Shown here in pieces: positions 1-11,787 of a stretch of DNA of 64,000 nt. Source of the DNA: Macrostomum lignano (Eukaryota); the NCBI GenBank assembly GCA_002269645.1, contig NIVC01000921.1:186001-250000 (forward strand), written 5' to 3'. A program made the translations under genes and the position numbers. How positions within the stretch are numbered: the first letter of the stretch is position 1; every line of letters begins with the position of its first letter. The notes beneath the pieces are model-generated. The model was not told the origin of the DNA, searched no databases, and saw only the letters and a list, made by a program, of their open reading frames with translations.

Positions 1-227
1 AAAAAGTAAAAGTCCCTGGGGAACTTTTCTGCTAGTTTCAATTTCGTGTTGTATTTCATCAACTCGGATGGAAGTGGAGAAGACCAAAGCATACAAAATT
101 AGCTGAAAAGGCATTTGTTGTTTCTCACGGTGTTCGACTTAGTTGATTCAAATGGTGAAAATGTAAACTTCCTGTCTAGAGAGAGTTTCAGATTGCAACT
201 CTGCCGCATAGCCATGTCACTATTCCT

Positions 228-1500
228 TCCTGTCTGTCCTCAGCATTACTGCCTGTCTGCAGCCTTCCTGTCCTCAGCATTACTGTCTGTCTGCAGCCTT
301 CCTGTCCTCAGCATTACTGTCTGTCTGCAGTCTTCCTGTCCTCAGCATTACTGTCTGTCTGCAGCCTTCCTGTCCTCAGCGTTACTGTCTGTCTGCAGCC
401 TTCCTGTCCTCAACAGTCCTGTCTGTCTCCAGCCTTCCTGTCCTCAGCATTACTGTCTGTCTGCAGCCTTCCTGTCCTCAGCGTTACTGTCTGTCTGCAG
501 TCTTCCTGTCCTCAGCATTACTGTCTGTCTGCAGCCTTCCTGTCCTCAGCATTACTGTCTGTCTGCAGCCTTCCTGTCCTCAGCATTACTGTCTGTCTGC
601 AGCCTTCCTGTCCTCAGCATTACTGTCTGTCTGCAGCCTTCCTGTCCTCAGCATTACTGTCTGTCTGCAGCCTTCCTGTCCTCAGCGTTACTGTCTGTCT
701 GCAGCCTTCCTGTCCTCAACAGTCCTGTCTGTCTCCAGCCTTCCTGTCCTCAGCATTACTGTCTGTCTGCAGCCTTCCTGTCCTCAGCATTACTGTCTGT
801 CTGCAGCCTTCCTGTCCTCAGCATTACTGTCTGTCTGCAGCCTTCCTGTCCTCAGCGTTACTGTCTGTCTGCAGCCTTCCTGTCCTCAACAGTCCTGTCT
901 GTCTCCAGCCTTCCTGTCCTCAGCATTACTGTCTGTCTGCAGCCTTCCTGTCCTTAGCATTACTGTCTGTCTGCAGCCTTCCTGTCCTCAGCATTACTGT
1001 CTGTCTGCAGCCTTCCTGTCCTCAGCATTACTGTCCGTCTGCAGCCTTCCTGTCCTTAGCATTACTGTCCGTCTGCAGCCTTCCTGTCCTTAGCATTACT
1101 GTCTGTCTGCAGCCTTCCTGTCCTCAGCATTACTGTCTGTCTGCAGCCTTCCTGTCCTCAGCATTACTGTCTTCTGCAGCCTTCCTCTCCGTCAGCATTA
1201 CTGTCTGTCTCCAGCCTTCATGTCCTCAGCATTACTGTCTGTCTGCAGCCTTCCTGTCCTCAGCATTACTGTCTGTCTGCAGCCTTCCTGTCCTCAGCGT
1301 TACTGTCTGTCTGCAGCCTTCCTGTCCTCAACAGTCCTGTCTGTCTCCAGCCTTCCTGTCCTCAGCATTACTGTCTGTCTGCAGCCTTCCTGTCCTCAGC
1401 ATTACTGTCTTCTGCAGCCTTCCTCTCCGTCAGCATTACTGTCTGTCTCCAGCCTTCATGTCCTCAGCATTACTGTCTGTCTGCAGCCTTCTTCTCCGTC
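228..1500. repeat. 34-bp minisatellite (CAGCATTACTGTCTGTCTGCAGCCTTCCTGTCCT)n in FLVCR-like intron 2
   Basis: Unit recurs at 241, 275, etc. It starts just past the 5' splice site at 1517 and explains the spurious ORFs 115..957 and 1220..1522. Confidence 0.97.
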
Positions 1501-1517
1501 AGCAGCCAGCAACTCAC

Positions 1518-4500
1518 CATAGGAGACGGTCAGCAGCACGAATCCCGGATTCGACGCCAGACGCTTCAGCGACCCCGTGTAGGAGCTACCGACGCCGCCG
1601 CCGCCTCCGCCTCCGCCGCTGATGACCCCGCCGCCGCCGATCCGGGCGATGCTGGCAAGGCTGCCGAACGTCTGCGACGCCCGCACGGACGCTGGCGCCA
1701 CCGGCGGCTGCTCGCCATTCAGCAGCACCGCTGCATCCAACCGTCGGGCTATTGTCGGCGGAGTCGGCGGGCCCTCCTTGAACATGGCAACCACGAGGCC
1801 GAGCAGCAGGCCGGTGACCGCGGCGCCGCCGATGTACATAGCCAGCAACTGGCCGCCCATGTCTTCGACGGTGCCGCGGGACACGAACAGCGGCGGCACA
1901 ACAAAGCCGACTGCCACGCCCAGCTGGTTGCCGAAGACGCCCAGCGCGGTGGCCGTTGGCAGCTCGTCGAGGCCGAACCAGGCGGCCGCCAGCGGGGCCG
2001 GCATGCCCAGGATGAAGTTCTGCGCGATGGCGCACAGAATCTGGGCGTGAGGGGGAGGGCATTTAGGGACGGGCATTAAGAAGCAAACTTTGAAATACAC
2101 TGTCGAGATGGGCAGATGAAAGAAACTGCATTCAATAACTTTACTAACCATTCTCGGGAAATCTTGGGTCAAATGGCAAATATCAATGACTGCTAGACCA
2201 TTATCTGAGAGCGAAAAAGGCTGGATAGAAAATTCTGATCGCAGTCGTTTTCTACAATTCCAGCTCGTATTCTACAGCTCGTATTCTAGAGTTCCAGCTC
2301 GTATTCTAGAGTTTCAGCTCGTATTCTAGAGTTCCATCTCGTATTCTAGAGTTCCAGCTCGTATTCTAGAGTTTCATCTCGTATTCTAGAGTTCCATCTC
2401 GTATTCTAGAGTTCCAGCTCGTATTCTAGAGTTTCATCTCGTATTCTAGAGTTCCATCTCGTATTCTAGAGTTCCAGCTCGTATTCTAGAGTTCCAGCTC
2501 GTATTCTAGAGTTCCAGCTCGTATTCTAGAGTTCCAGCTCGTATTCTAGAGTTCCAGCTCGTATTCTAGAGTTCCAGCTCGTATTCTAGAGTTCCAGCTC
2601 GTATTCTAGAGTTCCAGCTCGTATTCTAGAGTTCCAGCTCGTATTCTAGAGTTTCAGCTCGTATTCTAGAGTTCCAGCTCGTATTCTAGAGTTCCATCTC
2701 GTATTCTAGAGTTCCAGCTCGTATTCTAGAGTTTCAGCTCGTATTCTAGAGTTCCATCTCGTATTCTAGAGTTCCAGCTCGTATTCTAGAGTTTCAGCTC
2801 GTATTCTAGAGTTTCAGCTCGTATTATAGAGTTCCATCTCGTATTCTAGAGTTCCAGCTCGTATTCTAGAGTTTCAGCTCGTATTCTAGAGTTTCAGCTC
2901 GTATTCTAGAGTTCCATCTCGTATTCTAGAGTTCCAGCTCGTATTCTAGAGTTCCAGCTCGTATTCTAGAGTTCCATCTCGTATTCTAGAGTTCCAGCTC
3001 GTATTCTAGAGTTCCATCTCGTATTCTAGAGTTCCAGCTCGTATTCTAGAGTTCCATCTCGTATTCTAGAGTTCCATCTCGTATTCTAGAGTTCCAGCTC
3101 GTATTCTAGAGTTCCAGCTCGTATTCTAGAGTTCCAGCTCGTATTCTAGAGTTCCAGCTCGTATTCTAGAGTTCCATCTCGTATTCTAGAGTTCCAGCTC
3201 GTATTCTAGAGTTTCAGCTCGTATTCTAGAGTTCCAGCTCGTATTCTAGAGTTCCAGCTCGTATTCTAGAGTTCCAGCTCGTATTCTAGAGTTTCAGCTC
3301 GTATTCTAGAGTTCCAGCTCGTATTCTAGAGTTCCATCTCGTATTCTAGAGTTCCAGCTCGTATTCTAGAGTTCCAGCTCGTATTCTAGAGTTCCATCTC
3401 GTATTCTAGAGTTCCAGCTCGTATTCTAGAGTTTCAGCTCGTATTCTAGAGTTTCAGCTCGTATTCTAGAGTTCCATCTCGTATTCTAGAGTTCCAGCTC
3501 GTATTCTAGAGTTTCAGCTCGTATTCTAGAGTTCCATCTCGTATTCTAGAGTTCCATCTCGTATTCTAGAGTTCCATCTCGTATTCTAGAGTTCCAGCTA
3601 TATACTTACCTGCCTCGTGTCATGCAAAATCATTAATCTTTTGTTGAGATTCGGGAAAAGTACAATGTCCAGTTTTACTTCAGCGGTCCTTTTTACAACT
3701 TTTTAAAACGAGGCCAAATCAATTAAGAACTACTGATGTTCTACGAGCTAAAATTCATATTTCCGAGCACAAGATCGATGGCCTTGAAAAATTTCGTCAA
3801 GATAACTTCCTGTATTGCATGCACCACACGGTGCAACATTAGCAGCGACCAGGCACCGTAAAAGGCAGGCCTAGTGTTCTATAAATAGATCACCGATGTA
3901 AAGGAAAAGGCGCACCCACAGATGCAGATTGGAAACATGAAAAGGACTCAATGCCCGCCTGCACAACCGGTCAGACTTTTTCCACTAAAGAAAAGTATGA
4001 TTGTGTAGAAATTCAGACAGAAAGCAAAGAACAGCTCATCAAAGACTCCATCAGTGCTCTCACCTGATGCAAGAACAACTCAACACAAAGACTCCATCCA
4101 GTGCTCTCACCTGATGCAAGAACAGCTCAACACAAAGACTCCATCCAGTGCTCTCACCTGATGCAAGAACAGCTCAACACAAAGACTCCATCCAGTGCTC
4201 TCACCTGATGCAAGAACAACTCAACACAAAGACTCCATCAGTGCTCTCACCTGATGCAAGAACAACTCAACACAAAGACTCCATCAGTGCTCTCACCTGA
4301 TGCAAGAACAACTCAACACAAAGACTCCATCAGTGCTCTCACCTGATGCAAGAACAACTCAACACAAAGACTCCATCAGTGCTCTCACCTGATGCAAGAA
4401 CAACTCAACACAAAGACTCCATCCAGTGCTCTCACCTGATGCAAGAACAACTCAACACAAAGACTCCATCAGTGCTCTCACCTGATGCAAGAACAACTCA

Positions 4501-5745
4501 ACACAAAGACTCCATCAGTGCTCTCACCTGATGCAAGAACAACTCAACACAAAAACTCCATCAGTGATCTCACCTGGCTCAAGAACAACCCAACAAAGAC
4601 TCCATCTGTGCTCTCACCTGGCTCAAGAACAACCCAACAAAGACTCCATCAGTGCTCTCACCTGATGCAAGAACAACTCAACACAAAAACTCCATCAGTG
4701 ATCTCACCTGGCTCAAGAACAACCCAACAAAGACTCCATCAGTGCTCTCACCTGGCTCAAGAACAACGCAACAAAGACTCCATCAGTGCTCTCACCTGGC
4801 TCAAGAACAACCCAACAAAGACTCCATCAGTGATCTCACCTGGCTCAAGAACAACGCAACAAAGACTCCATCAGTGCTCTCACCTGGCTCAAGAACAACC
4901 CAACAAAGACTCCATCAGTGCTCTCACCTGGCTCAAGAACAACCCAACAAAGACTCCATCAGTGCTCTCACCTGGCTCAAGAACAACCCAACAAAGACTC
5001 CATCAGTGCTCTCACCTGGCTCAAGAACAACCCAACAAAGACTCCATCAGTGCTCTCACCTGGCTCAAGAACAACCCAACAAAGACTCCATCAGTGCTCT
5101 CACCTGGCTCAAGAACAAGCAACAAAGACTCCATCAGTGCTCTCACCTGGCTCAAGAACAACCCAACAAAGACTCCATCAGTGCTCTCACCTGGCCCAAG
5201 AACAGCAGCCAGAAGCGGTCTGGCGCGGCAGCGAAGCACTTGACGAGAGCGCCAGCAAAGTTGAGCGAGGTCGCGCAGATCGCCGACACTCGCAGCCCGA
5301 ATCGCTGCAGCAGCCAGGCGGCCGGCAGGATGAAGACCACATAGGCGAGCATGTAGATCATGGACAGCCAGTCGATGGCCAGATTGGCCTCAGTGGAATC
5401 GGCCGGCAGAGATTCGTTATAATAAGACAGCACAACGTCAAACACGATGTTGAGGTGAATCCACTGGTAGGCGCTGGACATTGAGTAGCTGCTGAACAGC
5501 AGCAGCACCAGCCAGCGCCGACGGTACAGGTGCGCCGCCGCCGCGCCGCCTCCGTTCTGGCCGGACTTCCTGACTGCCGACGACGACGCCTCGTCAACGT
5601 TGTCGTCTTCATCATCGTCGTCGACAAGCAGATTGTCGCCGCTGCTGCCACCGTTAGCTAACGGAAGCAGTTGGCTTTCGTCCCGGCGGTGCGGCTCATT
5701 GCTGCTTCTGCTGCTGCTGTTGTTGGCTTCGTCTGTCGAACTCAT
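1518..5745 (-). CDS. FLVCR/SLC49-family MFS transporter, first two coding exons: join(5191..5745,1518..2040); gene continues left of the window
   Basis: ATG at 5745. Exon 1 encodes YRRRWLVLLLFSSYSMSSAYQWI...IDWLSMIYML...FGLRVS...FWLLFLGQ and ends CAG|GTGAG (phase 0). Exon 2 (CCCAG|ATT) encodes ILCAIAQNFILGMPAPLAAAWFGLDELPTATALGVFGNQLGVAVGFVVPP...NPGFVLLTVSYG and ends G|GTGAG. These are the conserved FLVCR-type N-half motifs. Confidence 0.9.
2262..3598. repeat. 20-bp minisatellite (GTATTCTAGAGTTCCAGCTC)n
   Basis: Exact 20-bp period, columns align in the listing; lies in FLVCR-like intron 1. Confidence 0.98.
4030..5200. repeat. 44-bp minisatellite derived from the FLVCR exon1/intron1 junction
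   Basis: Unit CTCTCACCTGGCTCAAGAACAACCCAACAAAGACTCCATCAGTG, about 26 copies. The last unit is the real exon end (CTTGGGCCAG|GTGAGAGCAC on -). Confidence 0.95.
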
Positions 5746-6589
5746 CGTTGGCCGAGCGGTCACTGCACCGCATCAAGGCAAAGAAATTAACCTGCACCAA
5801 ATCTTATGACAATAGTATACAGTTTGAAACGAGCGTACACTATAAATATAATGCTTAGTATATTAGTACGAAGTAGCTATCCATCATTATCTTTGTTAAA
5901 GAGCGCGAGATGCAGAGAACAGTTTAAAAAAGTTATACAATAGGCCATTGTACTAGAAGCATTTCACTCAACGCCTATAGAAGAAGAGAAGTATTCGAAT
6001 AGTATATACCTGATGGGTGATGGTGATGATGAGGTGCTATAGTTAAAACAACAAAGCAACAGTCTGTGTACAATAGAAAGAGCACACATGCACACAACAG
6101 GCAGTACACAGAGGCTTACAGTGCAGCAGGCCGCGCTCAAGACCGGAAATAACTGGAGGAGAATCGCTAGATATGCATGCCAAGCTGGAAAGTGCGCCGC
6201 TATTTAAATAGAGATGAAGAATGGGGGAGGAGGTTGGACCAGCTTCGCCCCCAATAGCGGCAGAGAGAAGTGGAGACAGATAAATAGAGGGCGAGGGCAG
6301 CGGCAATGTACTCGGGAGTACTTCAGCTAGCCCTTCCCCGCCAGTTCTTCCAGAGCAGCATTTGCGTATACTATAAACTGTTCACTATAGCGCTCCCTCC
6401 CCACCCTGGCATCCAGGCCTCTCCGCAGGGGACGCTGCGAATACTGCAGTAGATTAAAATAATGCAGTAATAGAAAAGCAATTAATGACTGGCCTGAACT
6501 TTATAAATAAATTCTTACTGATAATCTTTTCGGTTGAGTTTCTTTTCAGTTCGTAGGAATTTAGAAAATCGAGAAAAATAGACCAATCA

Positions 6590-6815
6590 AAATATTCGCA
6601 GAAGGGCTGTGGTGCACCCTGGTGCCCATTCCACTGACGCACACATTTTTGCGTCAATTCTGTACGCGCCAATCTGTACGCACACATACACACGCTCACA
6701 CGGTGATCAGCGGCGGACAACCCCCCCCCCCCGCAGATTTTGCACACAAGCCCAAATGGTCACACACGGAATCAAACCAAGAGTCTGACGCGTTTACCAC
6801 TGAGCTGCTCAGCCC
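6590..6815 (-). mobile_element. Diverged tRNA-derived SINE (same family as 63609..63978)
   Basis: On -: A-box-like AGCTCAGTGG and B-box-like GGTTTGATTCC, followed by body motifs TGTGAGCGTGTG and CCAGGGTGCAC shared with the 63.6-kb copy. Confidence 0.6.
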
Positions 6816-6886
6816 TCAAACTTTGCATAACTGGCGCAGTCATTTTTCATGAAGATTTCCTTCATTCATGACATTCGTGAAAAGTA

Positions 6887-9468
6887 ACAGCCAGTGAGGC
6901 AGCTAGTAACAGCCAGTGAGTGAGGCAGCTAGTAACAGCCAGTGAGTGAGGCAGCTAGTAACAGCCAGTGAGTGAGGCAGCTAGTAACAGCCAGTGAGGC
7001 AGCTAGTAACAGCCAGTGAGTGAGGCAGCCAGTAACAGCCAGTGAGTGAGGCAGCTAGTAACAGCCAGTGAGTGAGGCAGCTAGTAACAGCCAGTGAGTG
7101 AGGCAGCTAGTAACAGCCAGTGAGTGAGGCAGCTAGTAACAGCCAGTGAGTGAGGCAGCTAGTAACAGCCAGTGAGTGAGGCAGCTAGTAACAGCCAGTG
7201 AGTGAGGCAGCTAGTAACAGCCAGTGAGTGAGGCAGCTAGTAACAGCCAGTGAGTGAGGCAGCTAGTAACAGCCAGTGAGTGAGGCAGCTAGTAACAGCC
7301 AGTGAGTGAGGCAGCTAGTAACAGCCAGTGAGGCAGCTAGTAACAGCCAGTGAGTGAGGCAGCTAGTAACAGCCAGTGAGTGAGGCAGCTAGTAACAGCC
7401 AGTGAGTGAGGCAGCTAGTAACAGCCAGTGAGTGAGGCAGCTAGTAACAGCCAGTGAGGCAGCTAGTAACAGCCAGTGAGTGAGGCAGCTAGTAACAGCC
7501 AGTGAGTGAGGCAGCTAGTAACAGCCAGTGAGTGAGGCAGCTAGTAACAGCCAGTGAGTGAGGCAGCTAGTAACAGCCAGTGAGGCAGCTAGTAACAGCC
7601 AGTGAGTGAGGCAGCTAGTAACAGCCAGTGAGTGAGGCAGCTAGTAACAGCCAGTGAGTGAGGCAGCTAGTAACAGCCAGTGAGGCAGCTAGTAACAGCC
7701 AGTGAGTGAGGCAGCTAGTAACAGCCAGTGAGTGAGGCAGCTAGTAACAGCCAGTGAGTGAGGCAGCTAGTAACAGCCAGTGAGTGAGGCAGCTAGTAAC
7801 AGCCAGTGAGTGAGGCAGCTAGTAACAGCCAGTGAGTGAGGCAGCTAGTAACAGCCAGTGAGGCAGCTAGTAACAGCCAGTGAGGCAGCTAGTAACAGCC
7901 AGTGAGTGAGGCAGCTAGTAACAGCCAGTGAGGCAGCTAGTAACAGCCAGTGAGTGAGGCAGCCAGTAACAGCCAGTGAGTGAGGCAGCTAGTAACAGCC
8001 AGTGAGTGAGGCAGCTAGTAACAGCCAGTGAGTGAGGCAGCTAGTAACAGCCAGTGAGTGAGGCAGCTAGTAACAGCCAGTGAGTGAGGCAGCTAGTAAC
8101 AGCCAGTGAGGCAGCTAGTAACAGCCAGTGAATGAGGCAGCCAGTAACAGCCAGTGAGTGAGGCAGCTAGTAACAGCCAGTGAGTGAGGCAGCTAGTAAC
8201 AGCCAGTGAGTGAGGCAGCTAGTAACAGCCAGTGAGTGAGGCAGCTAGTAACAGCCAGTGAGTGAGGCAGCTAGTAACAGCCAGTGAGGCAGCTAGTAAC
8301 AGCCAGTGAGGCAGCTAGTAACAGCCAGTGAGGCAGCTAGTAACAGCCAGTGAGGCAGCTAGTAACAGCCAGTGAGGCAGCCAGTAACAGCCAGTGAGGC
8401 AGCCAGTAACAGCCAGTGAGGCAGCTAGTAACAGCCAGTGAGGCAGCTAGTAACAGCCAGTGAGGCAGCCAGTAACAGCCAGTGAGGCAGCTAGTAACAG
8501 CCAGTGAGGCAGCTAGTAACAGCCAGTGAGGCAGCCAGTAACAGCCAGTGAGACAGCTAGTAACAGCCAGTGAGGCAGCCAGTAACAGCCAGTGAGGCAG
8601 CTAGTAACAGCCAGTGAGGCAGCTAGTAACAGCCAGTGAGGCAGCCAGTAACAGCCAGTGAGACAGCTAGTAACAGCCAGTGAGGCAGCCAGTAACAGCC
8701 AGTGAGGCAGCTAGTAACAGCCAGTGAGGCAGCTAGTAACAGCCAGTGAGGCAGCCAGTAACAGCCAGTGAGACAGCTAGTAACAGCCAGTGAGGCAGCT
8801 AGTAACAGCCAGTGAGGCAGCCAGTAACAGCCAGTGAGACAGCTAGTAACAGCCAGTGAGGCAGCTAGTAACAGCCAGTGAGGCAGCTAGTAACAGCCAG
8901 TGAGGCAGCTAGTAACAGCCAGTGAGGCAGCTAGTAACAGCCAGTGAGGCAGCCAGTAACAGCCAGTGAGACAGCTAGTAACAGCCAGTGAGGCAGCTAG
9001 TAACAGCCAGTGAGGCAGCTAGTAACAGCCAGTGAGGCAGCTAGTAACAGCCAGTGAGGCAGCCAGTAACAGCCAGTGAGGCAGCTAGTAACAGCCAGTG
9101 AGTGAGGCAGCTAGTAACAGCCAGTGAGACAGCTAGTAACAGCCAGTGAGGCAGCTAGTAACAGCCAGTGAGGCAGCTAGTAACAGCCAGTGAGGCAGCC
9201 AGTAACAGCCAGTGAGGCAGCTAGTAACAGCCAGTGAGTGAGGCAGCTAGTAACAGCCAGTGAGACAGCTAGTAACAGCCAGTGAGGCAGCTAGTAACAG
9301 CCAGTGAGTGAGGCAGCTAGTAACAGCCAGTGAGGCAGCCAGTAACAGCCAGTGAGGCAGCTAGTAACAGCCAGTGAGTGAGGCAGCTAGTAACAGCCAG
9401 TGAGACAGCTAGTAACAGCCAGTGAGGCAGCTAGTAACAGCCAGTGAGGCAGCTAGTAACAGCTAGTG
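6887..9468. repeat. 22/26-bp minisatellite (GTGAGGCAGCTAGTAACAGCCA[GTGA])n
   Basis: About 2.6 kb of 22- and 26-bp variants; 26-bp units dominate the left part and 22-bp units the right part. Confidence 0.98.
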
Positions 9469-10361
9469 GTAGCAGGAAGAAGTAAGCAGTGACAAAGGCG
9501 TCGGAAAAAATAGCTAAATAAATTAATAACGACTGAAGACTACGTTGACATAAAATGTAATTTCTGAAACGCCAAGAAACAAATCAGTATTGAAGATTCG
9601 AGCGCATGACTCAATTTAAATAGGCTTTATTATTCCACATTCTAGTGCAGCAGACGAATGAGTAGTATGTATGGCGCAAAAAAAATCCTGAAGCTGCTAG
9701 AATGTAACAGACTTCAGTAGAGTGAGCAAAAATTATTGTTTTCTGTATCTTTTTGAGCAACTCCCACGGACCGGTAGTTATACTGTAAAAACGTAATTAC
9801 AAATTTCAACAGACTTATTGTAGGCAATCAATTAGCAAACTCTGGTTAAGTAAAAAATTCCGTAATGTCGTAAAAAATGGCTACACTACTTACAGTAGCC
9901 AAAATACGAGTATATCTGCGTGAAAGCACTGGAAAATTGGAAGATCAGCAATTAAACAAAATATGTTAAAATGTAGCACAAATGTAGTAGAATTGGCTGG
10001 CGTTGTGACCAAGCTGTACAAGGTGGGAGGTAATATTCTCTGCAGATATGCGGCCACCAACAAATAGTACGGTTTATCTAATCAACAAATTTATGCTAAA
10101 AAATTAATAGACTAAGCGTGCAGCGATGCAGTTATTAAATACTATTGGCGTCCACATTTCACAACTGCGTGCATTCAATAAAAAATTGCGGCACAAAAAT
10201 TACAAAGGACTGTTGCCTTGGATACTGGCAGCTGATTGACACTGCGGAGCTCTCAGATACTCCTTGTAGCTGATTGAACTAATATTTATACAGTAGATAG
10301 ATAGACAGTGGGTTTGATATGCCACCTGGCATATATCATAGGTATATATATGCAGACAGAC

Positions 10362-10443
10362 ACAGATACACAAACAGATAGACAAGAAGACAGACAGACA
10401 GACAGACAGACAGACACTAAGACAGACAGACAGACAGACACTA

Positions 10444-10496
<53 letters not shown>

Positions 10497-10635
10497 GGCA
10501 GACAGACAGACAGACAGACAGACAGGCAGACACTAAGACAGACAGACAGACAGACACTAAGAGACAGACAGACAGACAGACACTAAGAGACAGACAGACA
10601 CTAAGACAGACAGACAGACAGACAGGCAGACAGGC

Positions 10636-10676
<41 letters not shown>

Positions 10677-10707
10677 CTAAGACAGACAGACAGACAGGCA
10701 GACAGGC

Positions 10708-10756
<49 letters not shown>

Positions 10757-10759
10757 CTA

Positions 10760-10799
<40 letters not shown>

Positions 10800-10839
10800 G
10801 GAAAGACAGACACTAAGACAGACAGACAGACAGACACTA

Positions 10840-10880
<41 letters not shown>

Positions 10881-10920
10881 GGCAGACAGACAGACAGACA
10901 GACAGACAGGCAGACACTAG

Positions 10921-10988
<68 letters not shown>

Positions 10989-11061
10989 CTAAGAGACAGA
11001 CAGACACTAAGACAGACAGACAGACAGACAGACAGGCAGACAGACAGACAGACAGACAGGC

Positions 11062-11110
<49 letters not shown>

Positions 11111-11113
11111 GGC

Positions 11114-11146
<33 letters not shown>

Positions 11147-11149
11147 CTA

Positions 11150-11182
<33 letters not shown>

Positions 11183-11185
11183 GGC

Positions 11186-11254
<69 letters not shown>

Positions 11255-11265
11255 GGCAGACACTA

Positions 11266-11306
<41 letters not shown>

Positions 11307-11387
11307 CTAAGAGACAGACAGACACTAAGAGACAGACAGACACTAAGACAGACAGACAGACAGACAGACAGGAAGACAGACAGACAT

Positions 11388-11422
<35 letters not shown>

Positions 11423-11451
11423 CTAAGAGACAGACAGACAGACAGACACTA

Positions 11452-11510
<59 letters not shown>

Positions 11511-11513
11511 CTA

Positions 11514-11564
<51 letters not shown>

Positions 11565-11567
11565 CTA

Positions 11568-11610
<43 letters not shown>

Positions 11611-11636
11611 CTAAGAGACAGACAGACAGACACACA
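10362..11636. repeat. (GACA)n microsatellite with interspersed CTAA/GGCA variants
   Basis: Direct inspection; source of the RQTD/LSVC ORFs. Confidence 0.98.
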
Positions 11637-11787
11637 GGTATTTCAGCGCCTGCTTCAAGCCTCGGATCGCCGTGTTCCTACGAGTAAATTAGCAATCTAG
11701 AGTTGGCATTTCGAGCCCCAGCAGAGCAGGCAGTCAGCCGAATCCGAGATAGGCGCGATCAAAAACAGCAAAACAAAGGAAGTAAAA

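Noticed and set aside
115-1522. ORFs 115..957 and 1220..1522
   Set aside because: Translations of the 34-bp intronic minisatellite.
3602-3612. U1 snRNA gene (ATACTTACCTG)
   Set aside because: The match stops after 11 nt; no U1 stem-loops or Sm site follow.
4346-5484. Several 60-250 aa ORFs (TKTPSVLSP...)
   Set aside because: Products of the 44-bp array, antisense to the FLVCR-like gene.
2262-9468. Regular arrays as CRISPR-like loci
   Set aside because: Head-to-tail units without unique spacers, no cas genes, eukaryotic context.
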